From the IMG/VR virus record IMGVR_UViG_3300043420_000933, positions 1-61,231 of that record: 61,231 nucleotides of DNA; one strand, 5' to 3'. The notes beneath the pieces are model-generated. The model saw only the letters and a program-made list of their open reading frames with translations, was not told the DNA's origin and did not search any database. This DNA comes from a virus (taxonomy: Duplodnaviria; Caudoviricetes). Positions 17,501-25,907 of this stretch are shown one piece after another. How positions within the stretch are numbered: position 1 is the stretch's first letter; the number at the start of each line of letters is the position of its first letter. Made by a program: the position numbers and the translations under genes.

Positions 17501-19045
17501 GTTTGAGTTTGAGTTGGTGATACTCATATCACCACCAGATTCAGTTACAAAATGCTTTGCAAAACCGATGGCAAAGATAGAAACACACTGAACGAAACCA
17601 TTATTTGAAACACGAATGTGGAAACTTTCATAATCTGGTTTATAGATTGCATTGCCGTTTATGTGCAATGGCCTTTCACTACTTGTGAGTGCTAAAACAT
17701 CATTTCCTTCATATGTTCCTGTAGTTTTATTATAAACAATAAATGCATTATCATCTTTTTGTAAAGATACCCCAGTGAACTGGGCAACAACCATACTCTT
17801 GAATCCATCTGCTTTGTTTCCATCTGCCCACATTCCACACAATCCATATGCAGAACGAATAGAACAGTTGAACACATAAGGTGATGCAGAACTTACACTA
17901 TCTGCTTCAATTGTTACGATACCAGTTTCATAATCATCAACTTGTGGATTTGGATTTGATGGTGAAGAGGTTGATGTATAAGTAAAAGTGGATACACCAA
18001 TAACTTCTTTAACTGTAAATGAACCATTAAATGATGCAGCATCTGTTGTAATTCCAGAAATTAAAATTGGACTATCAACAAAGAGTCCGTGAGGAATTTC
18101 ATCACCTGTTTGAAGATTTTTTGTTGTAACTGTAATTACGTTTGTTGCTTGAGTTACACCGTCTCCACCACTAATACTTGAAATACCAATCGGATTTGCT
18201 TGCAGTTCACCTACAATTCTAAACTCATCTTTAGATGGTTCAAAATCATCAAGAGTTGGATAATCAAGAACTCCTCTTCCAGTAATATCACCATATGCCC
18301 TTGCAACCTTGTAGTAATACATATCAAGGTCAGACAAATCAGTTTGCTCTGTCCCAAGAGCAACTTTATTCACACCATCAGCATAAGCGAACGAAACTAC
18401 CTTATGGTGCGAAAAATTAGGAACAAAACGATTGTCAGTATAATCTCTAAATACAGTCTTTGTTTGGTCTGCATCTAAAAATGTAAAGGTGCTGAAGTAA
18501 CAAGTACCAGTTACATTAAAAATGCTTGTATTATCAATAGATGAGTCCTCTGGATTTGGAACATAAAGAGGACGAATCTTTGTTTTTCTTAAATCATATC
18601 CAATAATTGAAGTTCCACGAGGGAGAATGACACCACCAAGAACAGAGTTAAACTTATATAAATCGTTATTTGTGTCTAGAATGTCATAATTTGTATTATC
18701 ATTCAGTTCTGGTAAAGTTGATTCAACCCAAGTGGAAACACCTGTTCTTTTTTTATAAATTGCCTCAGAACCTTGTTTTGTGATTGAAAATCCGGGTCTA
18801 TTATCAATATAATGAGTTCCCGGATAAACTAAAATAGTTGTTCTATCGATTCTATCGTTGTTTTTACCACTCTGGTATGAAAATCTTGCAGCTTCTATTA
18901 ATGCTCTTTGAATTGTCTTAAATGGACGAGTTAAAGAATTGCCTTGATTTTCGTAACTATCTGTAGCATCAAAATCTGATGGATTTACGTAAAGAATATT
19001 TCCTTCAGCATTACGAAGAAAATTTTCTAATCTTGACAGAGGCAT
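11522..19045 (-). CDS. Very large virion structural / tail-fibre protein (2507 aa) with C-terminal tail-collar-like domain
   Basis: MPLSRLENFL N-terminus typical of the cyanophage giant virion protein; GIGTT repeats; C-terminal PVGGIIMWSG...PTGWALCNG...TPNLRDRF...NLPPYYALAFIMR. Confidence 0.85.
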   Translation of the reverse strand: MPLSRLENFLRNAEGNILYVNPSDFDATDSYENQGNSLTRPFKTIQRALIEAARFSYQSGKNNDRIDRTTILVYPGTHYIDNRPGFSITKQGSEAIYKKRTGVSTWVESTLPELNDNTNYDILDTNNDLYKFNSVLGGVILPRGTSIIGYDLRKTKIRPLYVPNPEDSSIDNTSIFNVTGTCYFSTFTFLDADQTKTVFRDYTDNRFVPNFSHHKVVSFAYADGVNKVALGTEQTDLSDLDMYYYKVARAYGDITGRGVLDYPTLDDFEPSKDEFRIVGELQANPIGISSISGGDGVTQATNVITVTTKNLQTGDEIPHGLFVDSPILISGITTDAASFNGSFTVKEVIGVSTFTYTSTSSPSNPNPQVDDYETGIVTIEADSVSSASPYVFNCSIRSAYGLCGMWADGNKADGFKSMVVAQFTGVSLQKDDNAFIVYNKTTGTYEGNDVLALTSSERPLHINGNAIYKPDYESFHIRVSNNGFVQCVSIFAIGFAKHFVTESGGDMSITNSNSNFGAISLESVGYRNESFDRDDVGYITHIIPPKEVDEPETNINWLSLDVSKVISVGSTEKLYLYDYKNKEVLPSKDVDGFKIGAKTNDKLNLNIVIGTAQTVYSAPILMPVVSGVGVTAYKSYQVSRIGNLNDISNNVLSLSTNHQLINGESVRVFSDTGEVPNGLTAGVVAYAITTGLNQNEVKLAYSLNDAIAGNEIKGINDRGGVLTVVSSVTDKKPGDIGSPIQYDDANGQWYILSSNSSDNQIFPSIVGFGTTSLGNETSSTFLKRKLDNRAIRDRIYRIRYVVPKEFTSARPPQAGFVLQESKNVGISPISFDYNQSITDLTPPAYLRNEKIITNASVGALSGGKQTVTITTEKPHKFSVGDKVKVQKVKSTNNQSGVGITSSYNGSYVINSVPSSKTFTYEISGVKVNPGTFSNLINERDTNQERRDIPLVSREQYENDFYIYRVDTIKPHIPGIYGQDGVYHLIVLSSNVSPSSDIGYNLSSKAFNQDVRNLYPQIDRDNFESDPSEVVSYADASVIGKVITNDRRKSITREAINSFIKNTNVGFGITGVVVSGTGYTTVTLHTSIEHNLNSIKSIAIKSPTGAGTSGAGYGNTTIYSSSLVGGTGQNASLYVPVVGSTGTINANLVKIVDSGSMYSVGDVLDVSGPSGITPTIYAKAEVLEINNNVGDALEIRGFNTTEIDGVYKILSVPSAKSIEIYVPSGVPSYQPNTNGRTPLAMLSSKGIGINSFRFNDVNTGIVTVTTNIAHGLLRGNKFTIVGSGHTIYDKTFVVKENVGLTTFTFNVGVGVVTQTAVSTTGTLLKHSLSSNELVLSRGEDTLGSRASYFYAGITTTISSAILLDSTSITLTSSKGFERGDYVSINNEIIRLTNSTSTNTFNVLRGAFSTFKTTAEAGTQVKKINVMPMEVRRPSFMRASGHTFEYLGYGPGNYSTGMPQKQTRILTEDDVLVSQARKQKGGVVVYTGMNDVGEFYSGAKKLSSSTGEEKIVEAPILSFTGDDAEGTNNNKLDATFDNVLARGRITVEGGDGAKETSQFYGPVSFNKKVVNTSDEGINTKNLYIKGDTSSYKLLTVGISTPTDANLANRGNISLKSIPTLEEGYIGQVYVDSEWKKFGLISQSKDILDFKVDKIGIGNSNAFSDFGGVNDSIFYVGGKSKFQNVQIVGDFVIDSNVTLSDVNFANINIRKTAFFSGVGAGETNYAIYVHNPGDSVPGGNAPRLISRFYDLEVAGVSTFISGLVGIGTTTFTGTSNQLLQVDGGAYFSGSIGIGTTNPTEKLVSFGDVGIHTGLNLYSPIQQKRATLQAVETTEKYKSGLVINVPDGDEIAFSDGGITNLVITGSGNLGLGTTNLSSKLQVHGIIGISSSGDTEEIVSGGRTKLSSSSTSGFIVNHNDSTDTILQNQGIERFRVGAARTATYTSNNDGTDLRGSHFRLRNIGNGDVVLSWFANAASNQRWYAGIDVSDGYSWKLASPNSSVASGQENFDSVGENTARNQVETKLRVNSDGDLSVLGSLTLRGLNTPSRFEVNSVGAATIRGSLNLSNLVNTSGATLTVSDITVNTDKFIVAGNTGNITTKGTIVSDGTLTVNSVNQSIFGGSLGVTGAITAGSFVKTGGGALNGVPNILRVDGTETALTQDDVINALGYTPQPPIAISNLPTGNSLILKDISEFFDGTAKEFLLQTPENPPEAFIPLGPDNLIVSLGGVIQKPSTDYSIKQENGEYTNTIVFVDAPPAGIPCFILALGGQGSLVSNQDWENEGDILVGTSDNAAKILPNGSNNQVLTVDTEQNGNLKWAIASTTDGTSLDTVKTTANSAVTAASKAQTTANNAVTAASKAQTTANTALAGITPVGGIIMWSGSTASIPTGWALCNGANGTPNLRDRFIVGAGSAYGVGATGGSADAVVVSHSHGITDPGHNHNLLASSADDGGAGSGWRWESNSSTRNSTVNGTNISSQTTGISINSEGESGTGKNLPPYYALAFIMRVA
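11961..12056 (-). repeat. 42-bp tandem repeat encoding a 14-aa coiled coil (about 2.3 copies)
   Basis: tttgctgttgtttgtgctttacttgcagcagttac at 11961 and 12003, partial at 12045. Confidence 0.9.
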
Positions 19046-19087
19046 TTTATTAGCACTATAAATCTTTTATAGTTATATTTAGACAAA

Positions 19088-19152
19088 AACCCTATGACAA
19101 AAAATTTTGCGGGAAATTTTTTCCACCCTTTTTGTAATTAAAAGTCAATTTT
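19088..19152. repeat. Dispersed 65-bp intergenic element, copy 1
   Basis: Colinear with 52537-52602. Confidence 0.5.
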
Positions 19153-19156
19153 GGTT

Positions 19157-19429
19157 TTAGTCATCGCAGGGTAGCAGTTCTGGATTTTCTAACTCCAATT
19201 CAAACATAAGTGGATGGCATTCTTCAAGCATCAGATAATAAGAAGATTGATATAAATCTTCTGGTTCATATGACAATTCATTATTTGCATGTTCCACAAT
19301 TTCTGTAGTGTGCATTCCAGAGTGCGGTAATTCATCAAACGTAAATGGAATACCATTTATGAAATACATAAGAACAATTTCTTTTCCACAATTATACCAA
19401 CAGTACGTAGTGTCTATGCGGTACTTCAT
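19157..19429 (-). CDS. Conserved cyanophage hypothetical protein
   Basis: IVLMYFINGIPFTFDELP...EECHPLMFELELENPE. Confidence 0.75.
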   Translation of the reverse strand: MKYRIDTTYCWYNCGKEIVLMYFINGIPFTFDELPHSGMHTTEIVEHANNELSYEPEDLYQSSYYLMLEECHPLMFELELENPELLPCDD

Positions 19430-19459
19430 AGAACGAACCCTATTTTCTATATTTAGAGA

Positions 19460-19633
19460 TTAACTCGAATATGTCAATTCACCACGAAGTTCTGCCAATT
19501 TTGCCTCTGCAAGACACTGAACACAAGTCCAATAGGTTTCTCCACTGATGGGAAAAAACTCTTCGGTAAAATGAGAAGCAATATCTTCCTGCATTCCTTG
19601 AAGTTCCCGAAGAGTTTCACGACTAATTTGCAT
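19460..19633 (-). CDS. Small cyanophage hypothetical protein (57 aa)
   Basis: Manual translation MQISRETLRELQGMQED...SGETYWTCVQCLAEAKLAELRGE. Confidence 0.7.
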   Translation of the reverse strand: MQISRETLRELQGMQEDIASHFTEEFFPISGETYWTCVQCLAEAKLAELRGELTYSS

Positions 19634-19657
19634 TTTGATGTTATTCAGTACTCTAAC

Positions 19658-19686
19658 AGTCTAGCACGAAAACTTTGAGTTGTCAA
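19658..19686 (-). promoter_or_regulatory. Sigma70-type early promoter
   Basis: TTGACA-17-TAGACT. Confidence 0.75.
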
Positions 19687-19696
19687 GTGAAACTTT

Positions 19697-19915
19697 TCAT
19701 TCCCTACTGTTATTGTAAAAATATTCATACCTTTTTTCGCATTCAATAATTCTATTAACGATTTCTGATGGGCACTCAGTTATATCGTCCATATGACCAA
19801 CTAACTTATAGTTAAAATGCGGATTACGAAAAAGATGTTCAGTATCTGATGCGGAATATGTAAAATAATCTGCATTACAATTCATTCCACATATCCATAA
19901 ATTTGTTTTGCTCAA
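19697..19915 (-). CDS. Hypothetical protein (reading frame stays open upstream to about 20044 without ATG)
   Basis: ORF track plus manual extension. Confidence 0.4.
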   Translation of the reverse strand: MSKTNLWICGMNCNADYFTYSASDTEHLFRNPHFNYKLVGHMDDITECPSEIVNRIIECEKRYEYFYNNSRE

Positions 19916-20167
19916 ATTAATTCTTCTAATTTTTTCAGAAGGATTGAATCCTTTAGGTTTTTTATAATATAGATGAAATCTGTTCGGACTATCAGTGTTT
20001 ATTCTTTTAAATTTACAAGCACTTATGATCCTTAAGGTAGTTAATTAGTTCCCTTCGGGAACTTTCCTTCGGAAACTATCTAGATCTTTATTCTTTATTT
20101 TCTTTATTAAGGTTATTAAAGTCTTTAAGAATTAATTACTAGAGTGATCTTCATCGGTGACAAAGTT

Positions 20168-20196
20168 AGTCTATAGTCATCAGAGACCCTTGTCAA
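20168..20196 (-). promoter_or_regulatory. Sigma70-type early promoter
   Basis: TTGACA-17-TAGACT. Confidence 0.75.
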
Positions 20197-20627
20197 CCCC
20201 CATCTAGAAATGTTATGAATTCCTGATAAAGAATAGATTCTTGTTCTTCTGCCTCGATCTCATGAGGTTGGTTGACATAATTAAGACCATCGATTATAAT
20301 TCCATTCCAGTACCTCTTCGAGTGCCTGATCTTCAACCACCCTTGACAAAACTGATAAACATGGTATAATTCATGAAGCAGTGTCCCAATGTAGTTGTCA
20401 ATCTCCAGTGTCTTCTCTAGTTCAATCAAAAAACTTCTAGGATTTTCTCCGCATTCTTCATAAGGAGAAATGTCACAATAACCATAAACACCATCTTCCG
20501 TTAGATCCCTATGATCGATAATAATTTCTAGATCATAATTCAGGAAATACTTCTTGGAAAACCAGTCCACAATTGTAGTACAGAGATTTTCACGCCTTTT
20601 CCCGTTTTCGATTTCAAGTTCCAACAT
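20193..20627 (-). CDS. Putative zinc metallopeptidase (HExxH)
   Basis: GTLLHELYHVYQ...QPHEIEA; start at MLELEIE. Confidence 0.7.
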   Translation of the reverse strand: MLELEIENGKRRENLCTTIVDWFSKKYFLNYDLEIIIDHRDLTEDGVYGYCDISPYEECGENPRSFLIELEKTLEIDNYIGTLLHELYHVYQFCQGWLKIRHSKRYWNGIIIDGLNYVNQPHEIEAEEQESILYQEFITFLDGG

Positions 20628-20721
20628 AAGAAAAAATGACATACGACAGTCTAGTAAACCAATGCATGAACCAAAGAAATGATCCAATGAATATAATTCT
20701 ATCTAATCTGTTAAACTCCAT
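20614..20721 (-). CDS. Small membrane peptide (35 aa)
   Basis: Manual translation MEFNRLDRIIFIGSFLWFMHWFTRLSYVIFSYVGT. Confidence 0.5.
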   Translation of the reverse strand: MEFNRLDRIIFIGSFLWFMHWFTRLSYVIFSYVGT

Positions 20722-20750
20722 CTTGATGTGGTTTGGTCTTGTGTGGTCTT

Positions 20751-20807
20751 ATGATAGTGCTGTCCTCGTAGGGTGCGATGAGTCGGTGGACAGTTTTGAT
20801 TCTGGCA
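20751..20807 (-). promoter_or_regulatory. Palindrome-box promoter
   Basis: ggacagt-N6-tctggca (20788-20807), 31 bp from TATCAT. Confidence 0.65.
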
Positions 20808-20808
20808 C

Positions 20809-20840
20809 AAAAAAAGAACCATCTGGGTTTGATGGTTCTT
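20809..20840 (-). terminator. Intrinsic terminator closing the tail-fibre operon
   Basis: aagaaccatc/gatggttctt stem with T-run on minus strand. Confidence 0.75.
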
Positions 20841-20861
20841 ATGGTTTTGAATTCTTGTTGA

Positions 20862-22262
20862 TTAGAAGTTAGGGAACGGCTGCGTCGGAGGGGTGAAGTT
20901 ACTGGTGTATCGGGCGATGCCTGGGGTGACGCGATATTCGTCGATGTAGGCGTTAAGGTCTCGCGTAGTATCGGTAGATTTCCATTTGCCGATAAACAGT
21001 TCATAGCCTGAACCCCCGTTTACTGAGTTTGTCCCAACAGTTACGCTGGCAACTTGAATTCCTTCCCGAAAAAGCAAGAGACTTGAACCATTCCTAACTC
21101 CCGCAAAGTGCATCCAGGCACCGCTTGTCATGGCTGATGGATCTGTAGCAATATACCCACTTGGGGTTGGGTCGAAATATACACCAAAACTCATTTTATT
21201 TGAATTTGTTAGTTCAAAAAAACAAGCCTCTGTATTCCCATTTATATAGCTGTATATTCTCTTGTAAGCATTAGGCAAGGAAGGTAGATAAATCCAGAAC
21301 TCTACCGTCCAGTCGCTAGATCCAAAATCAAAAGCTCCCCCGTTATATCCTATGTTTAGATAGTCTCCACTTCCATCAAAATAGATGCTGCTGCCGCCAA
21401 ACTTACTCTGTGCCGTGCTGATCTGAGCATCACCATATGCAGTGACGGTCTTAGGCGACGGACTGCTGTCTGTGATTGTCGTGCTGCCGTTGGCGCCATC
21501 GCCGTGTAGCAGCAGGCTAGTTGCGTAGAAGTATGGATCCTGATCAGGACGTATAAAAGCTTGGAACGGCTGCGTTGGTGGGGTGAAGTTACTGGTGTAG
21601 CGAGCGACGCCTTTGGTGATGCGGAGGTCGTCTAAATTAGCGGCTGGAGTAAGGAAAGAACTACCGCCAGAAACAAAGGCTCCGATAACAACCGTCCCAA
21701 AAGTGTTGACAAGATTTGTGGAATTAGAGACTGTGCTGCCTTGTTGTGTGCCATCGTAAAACAAACGCAAGGATGTCCCCGAACGCGACAAGGCAAGATG
21801 GACAAACTGATTTGCTGAAAAGTTTAACGTTGTAATTACGTCAGTCCCTGCTACTCTAACGATCAAGAGGGGACTATAATCTACGTCAAGCTGCTGATAT
21901 ATACCAATTCCTCCATAGTTCATTCCAAAGTCAAGAATGCCGCCAAGGGTGTCGGAAGTTCGCCGCCACCACCCTTCAATCGTAAAATCTCCAGTGCCAA
22001 ACTCAAAGGCAGCACTACTTGGGACAGTCAAATAATCCCCACTCCCATCAAACGCAATACTGCTTCCGTTCCACTTACTCTGCGCCGTACTGATCTTTGC
22101 ATCCGCAACCGCCGTCACCACCTTTGTATTGCGGCTGCTATCCCGAATGTCGGTGCTGTTATTCGCACCATCTCCGCTCAACAGCAGTGACACCGCACCG
22201 TAATAAGGGTCAGGGTTGAGGGAGGTTTTGGTTAGTTTGTAGGTCACAGTCCGAACCTCCAC
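20862..22262 (-). CDS. Tandem LamG/ConA-like lectin-domain virion protein
   Basis: Two modules DPY..SLLL.GDGAN...STAQSK..GSSI.FDGSGDYL...RYTSNFTPPTQPF. Confidence 0.8.
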   Translation of the reverse strand: MEVRTVTYKLTKTSLNPDPYYGAVSLLLSGDGANNSTDIRDSSRNTKVVTAVADAKISTAQSKWNGSSIAFDGSGDYLTVPSSAAFEFGTGDFTIEGWWRRTSDTLGGILDFGMNYGGIGIYQQLDVDYSPLLIVRVAGTDVITTLNFSANQFVHLALSRSGTSLRLFYDGTQQGSTVSNSTNLVNTFGTVVIGAFVSGGSSFLTPAANLDDLRITKGVARYTSNFTPPTQPFQAFIRPDQDPYFYATSLLLHGDGANGSTTITDSSPSPKTVTAYGDAQISTAQSKFGGSSIYFDGSGDYLNIGYNGGAFDFGSSDWTVEFWIYLPSLPNAYKRIYSYINGNTEACFFELTNSNKMSFGVYFDPTPSGYIATDPSAMTSGAWMHFAGVRNGSSLLLFREGIQVASVTVGTNSVNGGSGYELFIGKWKSTDTTRDLNAYIDEYRVTPGIARYTSNFTPPTQPFPNF

Positions 22263-22996
22263 TTAAGGGCGTTGTAGTTTTGTTGGATTTCTGCTGCTGT
22301 GAGTGCTCTGTTGTATGCCTGAATAGATGCAATTTTTCCATTAAAAGTTCCAATCTGATTCCTAGGAACATCAGCATTTATGCTAACTAGGTATGAATTA
22401 GTCCCTAAAGCACGAACTCCACTTCCTTCAGTATAAACATAAGAGGTTGATGGTATTGAATTTCTATACATTATCGGATCACTGCCACTAATGTGTGTTA
22501 CTGCCAAATTATACCAAGTGTTAGTTTGAATGTATCCAGTAGGTGGATGGTAAAAAGATCTTCCACTTGGCCCAGTCCATCCATATATTCCATTTGCATA
22601 CACTAATGGGTTATAGTCATCGATGTCGGTTCTTCCCTTTAAGTATAAGTAATGTTCAGCATTTCCGCTATAATACCACACCGAGATCGTAAGAGCGGTA
22701 GGGAAATTTAAAGAAGAGGAGTGTGATATTGTCGAATAGTCATTCACTCCATCAAAACTCAAAGACCCACCATTAGCACTACTAAAAGTCGGTCCATTCG
22801 TTAAAGCAGCATTATTACCATTGCCACTTATATCAGTCCAAGTAGTGCCGGTGCCAGGATACGAAAGGGGTGTGCCAGCATCCAATAGTAAGCTCAGCCC
22901 GTCAGACACAATACCAGAAGATTGGATATAGGCGGTGACGTTGCTGACAGTATTTTTCTGCAACGTCACCTTCCCCGGAATAGAAATCGGACTCAT
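22244..22996 (-). CDS. LamG/ConA-like domain protein
   Basis: LDAG...SYPGTGTTWTDISGNGN...FDGVNDY...YNRALTAAEIQQNYNA. Confidence 0.8.
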   Translation of the reverse strand: MSPISIPGKVTLQKNTVSNVTAYIQSSGIVSDGLSLLLDAGTPLSYPGTGTTWTDISGNGNNAALTNGPTFSSANGGSLSFDGVNDYSTISHSSSLNFPTALTISVWYYSGNAEHYLYLKGRTDIDDYNPLVYANGIYGWTGPSGRSFYHPPTGYIQTNTWYNLAVTHISGSDPIMYRNSIPSTSYVYTEGSGVRALGTNSYLVSINADVPRNQIGTFNGKIASIQAYNRALTAAEIQQNYNALKWRFGL

Positions 22997-23676
22997 GGGA
23001 TTGCAGCTCCGATGTCAGTCATAAGGGTTGAAACGCGGGCGTCAAGTAGGGCGAGGTCTAGGGCTTCTCCGATGGAGTAGAAGGCGATGCGGGCGTCTGA
23101 CTTAATAGCCAAGTCATTCCTTGTGAAAATAAATACATTGAGATTAACTGGAGTTCCGCTTGTCTCCGCAATCGTGGACGTGACGTGATTTCTTCTGCTT
23201 TCGTAAGAACCGCCAGCAAGCCTTGAAAATCCTAAAAAATTTGCGCCAATTACCGCCGTGGCGAAGGTGCCAGTGTCGCTACTGGGAACGTAATAAATGT
23301 AGCCTATGTGACGCATTTCAAGTCCCCCAGCGTTTGTCTCAGGTATTCGTGCTCCTATCAAAATCTTATTGGCGTTATCTGGTATATTGGCGTAACATGA
23401 AACGTGTCTGTTGTCCTGCGGATCAGCATTGTTATTCCGACCGCTATCCAAATACTTTGTACTCCCATCACCAACCAACCCAGTTTCCCTGTCGTAATCC
23501 GCAGCGACAAAGTTAAAGTTCGTGGGCGCAGCACCTTTCAACGGGTACAACGCACCATCCAAACCATCCCAAGCTGCCATGATGCAGCAGGCTTTGATTG
23601 CGTCCCACGTTCCATCAGTCTTACACCCTTTGACAAAGGTGTTGATTGCATTAGCAAGGTCTACGGCTTGTGTCAT
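22993..23676 (-). CDS. Putative virion/receptor-binding protein, paralog of 23673..24569
   Basis: Shared GCK.DG.WDAIKA.CI.A...GLVGDGSTKYLDS...FYSIGEA.DL. Confidence 0.7.
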   Translation of the reverse strand: MTQAVDLANAINTFVKGCKTDGTWDAIKACCIMAAWDGLDGALYPLKGAAPTNFNFVAADYDRETGLVGDGSTKYLDSGRNNNADPQDNRHVSCYANIPDNANKILIGARIPETNAGGLEMRHIGYIYYVPSSDTGTFATAVIGANFLGFSRLAGGSYESRRNHVTSTIAETSGTPVNLNVFIFTRNDLAIKSDARIAFYSIGEALDLALLDARVSTLMTDIGAAIP

Positions 23677-24533
23677 GACAACGTACCTCCTGCGCGATAA
23701 CCACCACCGATGTAGCTAGCAGCATCCAGATCCATCGTAGACAAATCAGGTAAACCGGCAGTTTGTGTATAGGTGATAAGGTTCATAAGACGGGTTACGC
23801 GAGTGTCTAGCTTTTCAAGGTCGATGGCTTCGCCGATGGAGTAGAAGGAGAGGCGACCGTTATAGAAGTAATTGCTGCTGCCACTTCGGTTAAAGACAAA
23901 GTAGCTGCCTGCAATCGTCGTTGCAGTGCTGACTCCTGTAATTAAAGACGAAGCATTGTTTAGGCGAACAGTAAAGCTCGCGGATGAATTTCTGGAAAAC
24001 CCTAGAAATGGATCTGAATTTCCGGCTGATGAATATAAAGCCCCACGCGATGAAAACCGGTATGAATTGAAGTAATCAATGTAATTATGTTGACTTGATG
24101 ATCCGAGCGAACCTAAAGCACCGATTCTAGTGCCGCCTAGATTTGACGCAAAGCTCGAATCGTAAACAGCGAGGTGTTGGTTGTCTTGTGGGTCTGCTGT
24201 ATTCAAACGATTGCTATCAAGATACTTTGTACTCCCATCCCCCACCAACCCAGTCTTCCTGTCGTAATCACCAGAGACGAAATTGTTGTTCGTTGGAGCC
24301 GTCCCCTTCAGCGGTACAAGCGCACCACTTAAGGTTCTAGCTCCAGCAAGGATGCAGGATGCCTTGATGGCATCCCAGATCCCGTCCAGTTTGCAGCCAA
24401 CCACGAAGTCGCTGATAGCCAAAGCAACATCACCTTCGATGGCTTGACCGTCAGCGGCTTCGACACCAGCAAGATACGCCTGCGCATCGGGATCCGTTAT
24501 TCCGTTGAACCCAGAACTCCACACTAAACTCAT
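23673..24533 (-). CDS. Putative virion/receptor-binding protein
   Basis: Paralog of the downstream gene; likely start MSLVWS. Confidence 0.7.
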   Translation of the reverse strand: MSLVWSSGFNGITDPDAQAYLAGVEAADGQAIEGDVALAISDFVVGCKLDGIWDAIKASCILAGARTLSGALVPLKGTAPTNNNFVSGDYDRKTGLVGDGSTKYLDSNRLNTADPQDNQHLAVYDSSFASNLGGTRIGALGSLGSSSQHNYIDYFNSYRFSSRGALYSSAGNSDPFLGFSRNSSASFTVRLNNASSLITGVSTATTIAGSYFVFNRSGSSNYFYNGRLSFYSIGEAIDLEKLDTRVTRLMNLITYTQTAGLPDLSTMDLDAASYIGGGYRAGGTLS

Positions 24534-24976
24534 ACGACCACTTCCCCCGGAGCCACATACTCTTTCCACACACCATCGGTGAACTCATAGACCTTACCAG
24601 TCACCGGATCAGTCCACTGGTCACCATCAATCCACTCAACATTCACGACTTCTTCAGTAATTTCACCAGTGTCCGGGTCAGTCACCTCGTTTGTGGTAGT
24701 ACCATTGTGCGGCGGATAAATCACAACGTAGGGAATGGCATCGGCACCTGTATATGCCGGATTGCCACGACCATCAGCAAGGAACCGTGGTTGAACGATA
24801 CCCTTAAAATAAGGCCCAACCTCGTAGTGTTCAGCACGTTGCCTCACAATCTCGATAATACTTGCCATAAAATACTCCTCAGGAGTCTTGGCGGTCGTGC
24901 TGCCTTGTACGGTTGCGAACTCAGCGGCAATTGCAGGTAATAAGTGTTCCGGGATGTCGATAGTGAATTTAGCCAT
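24530..24976 (-). CDS. Hypothetical protein of the GC-richer tail cassette
   Basis: 148-aa ORF with AGGAG SD. Confidence 0.7.
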   Translation of the reverse strand: MAKFTIDIPEHLLPAIAAEFATVQGSTTAKTPEEYFMASIIEIVRQRAEHYEVGPYFKGIVQPRFLADGRGNPAYTGADAIPYVVIYPPHNGTTTNEVTDPDTGEITEEVVNVEWIDGDQWTDPVTGKVYEFTDGVWKEYVAPGEVVV

Positions 24977-24989
24977 TTTTTATTCTCCT

Positions 24990-25871
24990 TTAGGTAGTAG
25001 TGGACTTAATGACAGCAAAACCAATAATAATTGCTTCTCCAAGAGTAGTTAGTCCAACATTAGTGACATTAATATTGGCAGAACTACTAGCAGCTTGTGC
25101 ATTGAGAGAATAACTACCAGCAGTTCCTCCACTAACATGGTTCAATATCAACAAATCATTAGAAGAAATAGAACCATTTGTAAGTGTGAAGGTAACAGCG
25201 GTTCCAGGCGAAAGATTTGCATTATGCATTGTGATTCTTCCAGATGAAGCTGTCAGTTCAACTCCAGTGCTTTTGTTGGTTTGCTGAGTTACTACACCAC
25301 CTCCAGAAATATAACCAAAAGTACCAGTAGTCGAAGCATAACCAAGATTTCCACCACCAGCATAACCAGCATTATTAAATTGAACTGCACCATTGACACC
25401 ACTGACTAGTGCAACAACACCTGTTGCATCAGGGAAACTAATATATCTATCTGCTGTGGGAGTGATTGATTGAACTGTTGTTGTATAAGTCTCAACTCCA
25501 ACTAAACTTATATCACCACGAACATCAAGGGTTGATATTGGATTTGTGGTTCCAATACCAAGTCTTGCTGGAGATTCAGTGAATACTAAATTGTTTGTTG
25601 ATATTCCTACACTGTTAACTCCAACTCCAGAAGCAAGAGTTGGATATACTGGATCACTTGTATTGACTTGAGTATCAACATAAAATGCCGTAACTCCTTC
25701 TAGGTTAGATCCATCACCATAATAAGTAACAATACCAGTTGTGGCAGTTACAATACCTGATGATATTTCTACTGTTCCTAATGTAGTAATCCCAGTAATA
25801 TTTGTATTACCAGCGTCAATAATATTCCTACTATCATCTATAATAGTAGAATTAGAAATTTTAATAGCCAT
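24990..25871 (-). CDS. Tail-fibre-like protein
   Basis: MAIKIS.STIIDDSRNI, YYGDGSNL and GIGTTNP motifs. Confidence 0.75.
   Translation of the reverse strand: MAIKISNSTIIDDSRNIIDAGNTNITGITTLGTVEISSGIVTATTGIVTYYGDGSNLEGVTAFYVDTQVNTSDPVYPTLASGVGVNSVGISTNNLVFTESPARLGIGTTNPISTLDVRGDISLVGVETYTTTVQSITPTADRYISFPDATGVVALVSGVNGAVQFNNAGYAGGGNLGYASTTGTFGYISGGGVVTQQTNKSTGVELTASSGRITMHNANLSPGTAVTFTLTNGSISSNDLLILNHVSGGTAGSYSLNAQAASSSANINVTNVGLTTLGEAIIIGFAVIKSTTT
25597..25721. repeat. 125-bp direct repeat, copy 1 (copy 2 at 26665-26789)
   Basis: Near-identical; encodes YGDGSNLEGVTAFYVDTQVNTSDPVYPTLASGVGVNSVGIST in both fibre genes. Confidence 0.9.
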
Positions 25872-25907
25872 CTACCGTCCTCGTTTACACTAGGTAGTTT
25901 TTATTAT

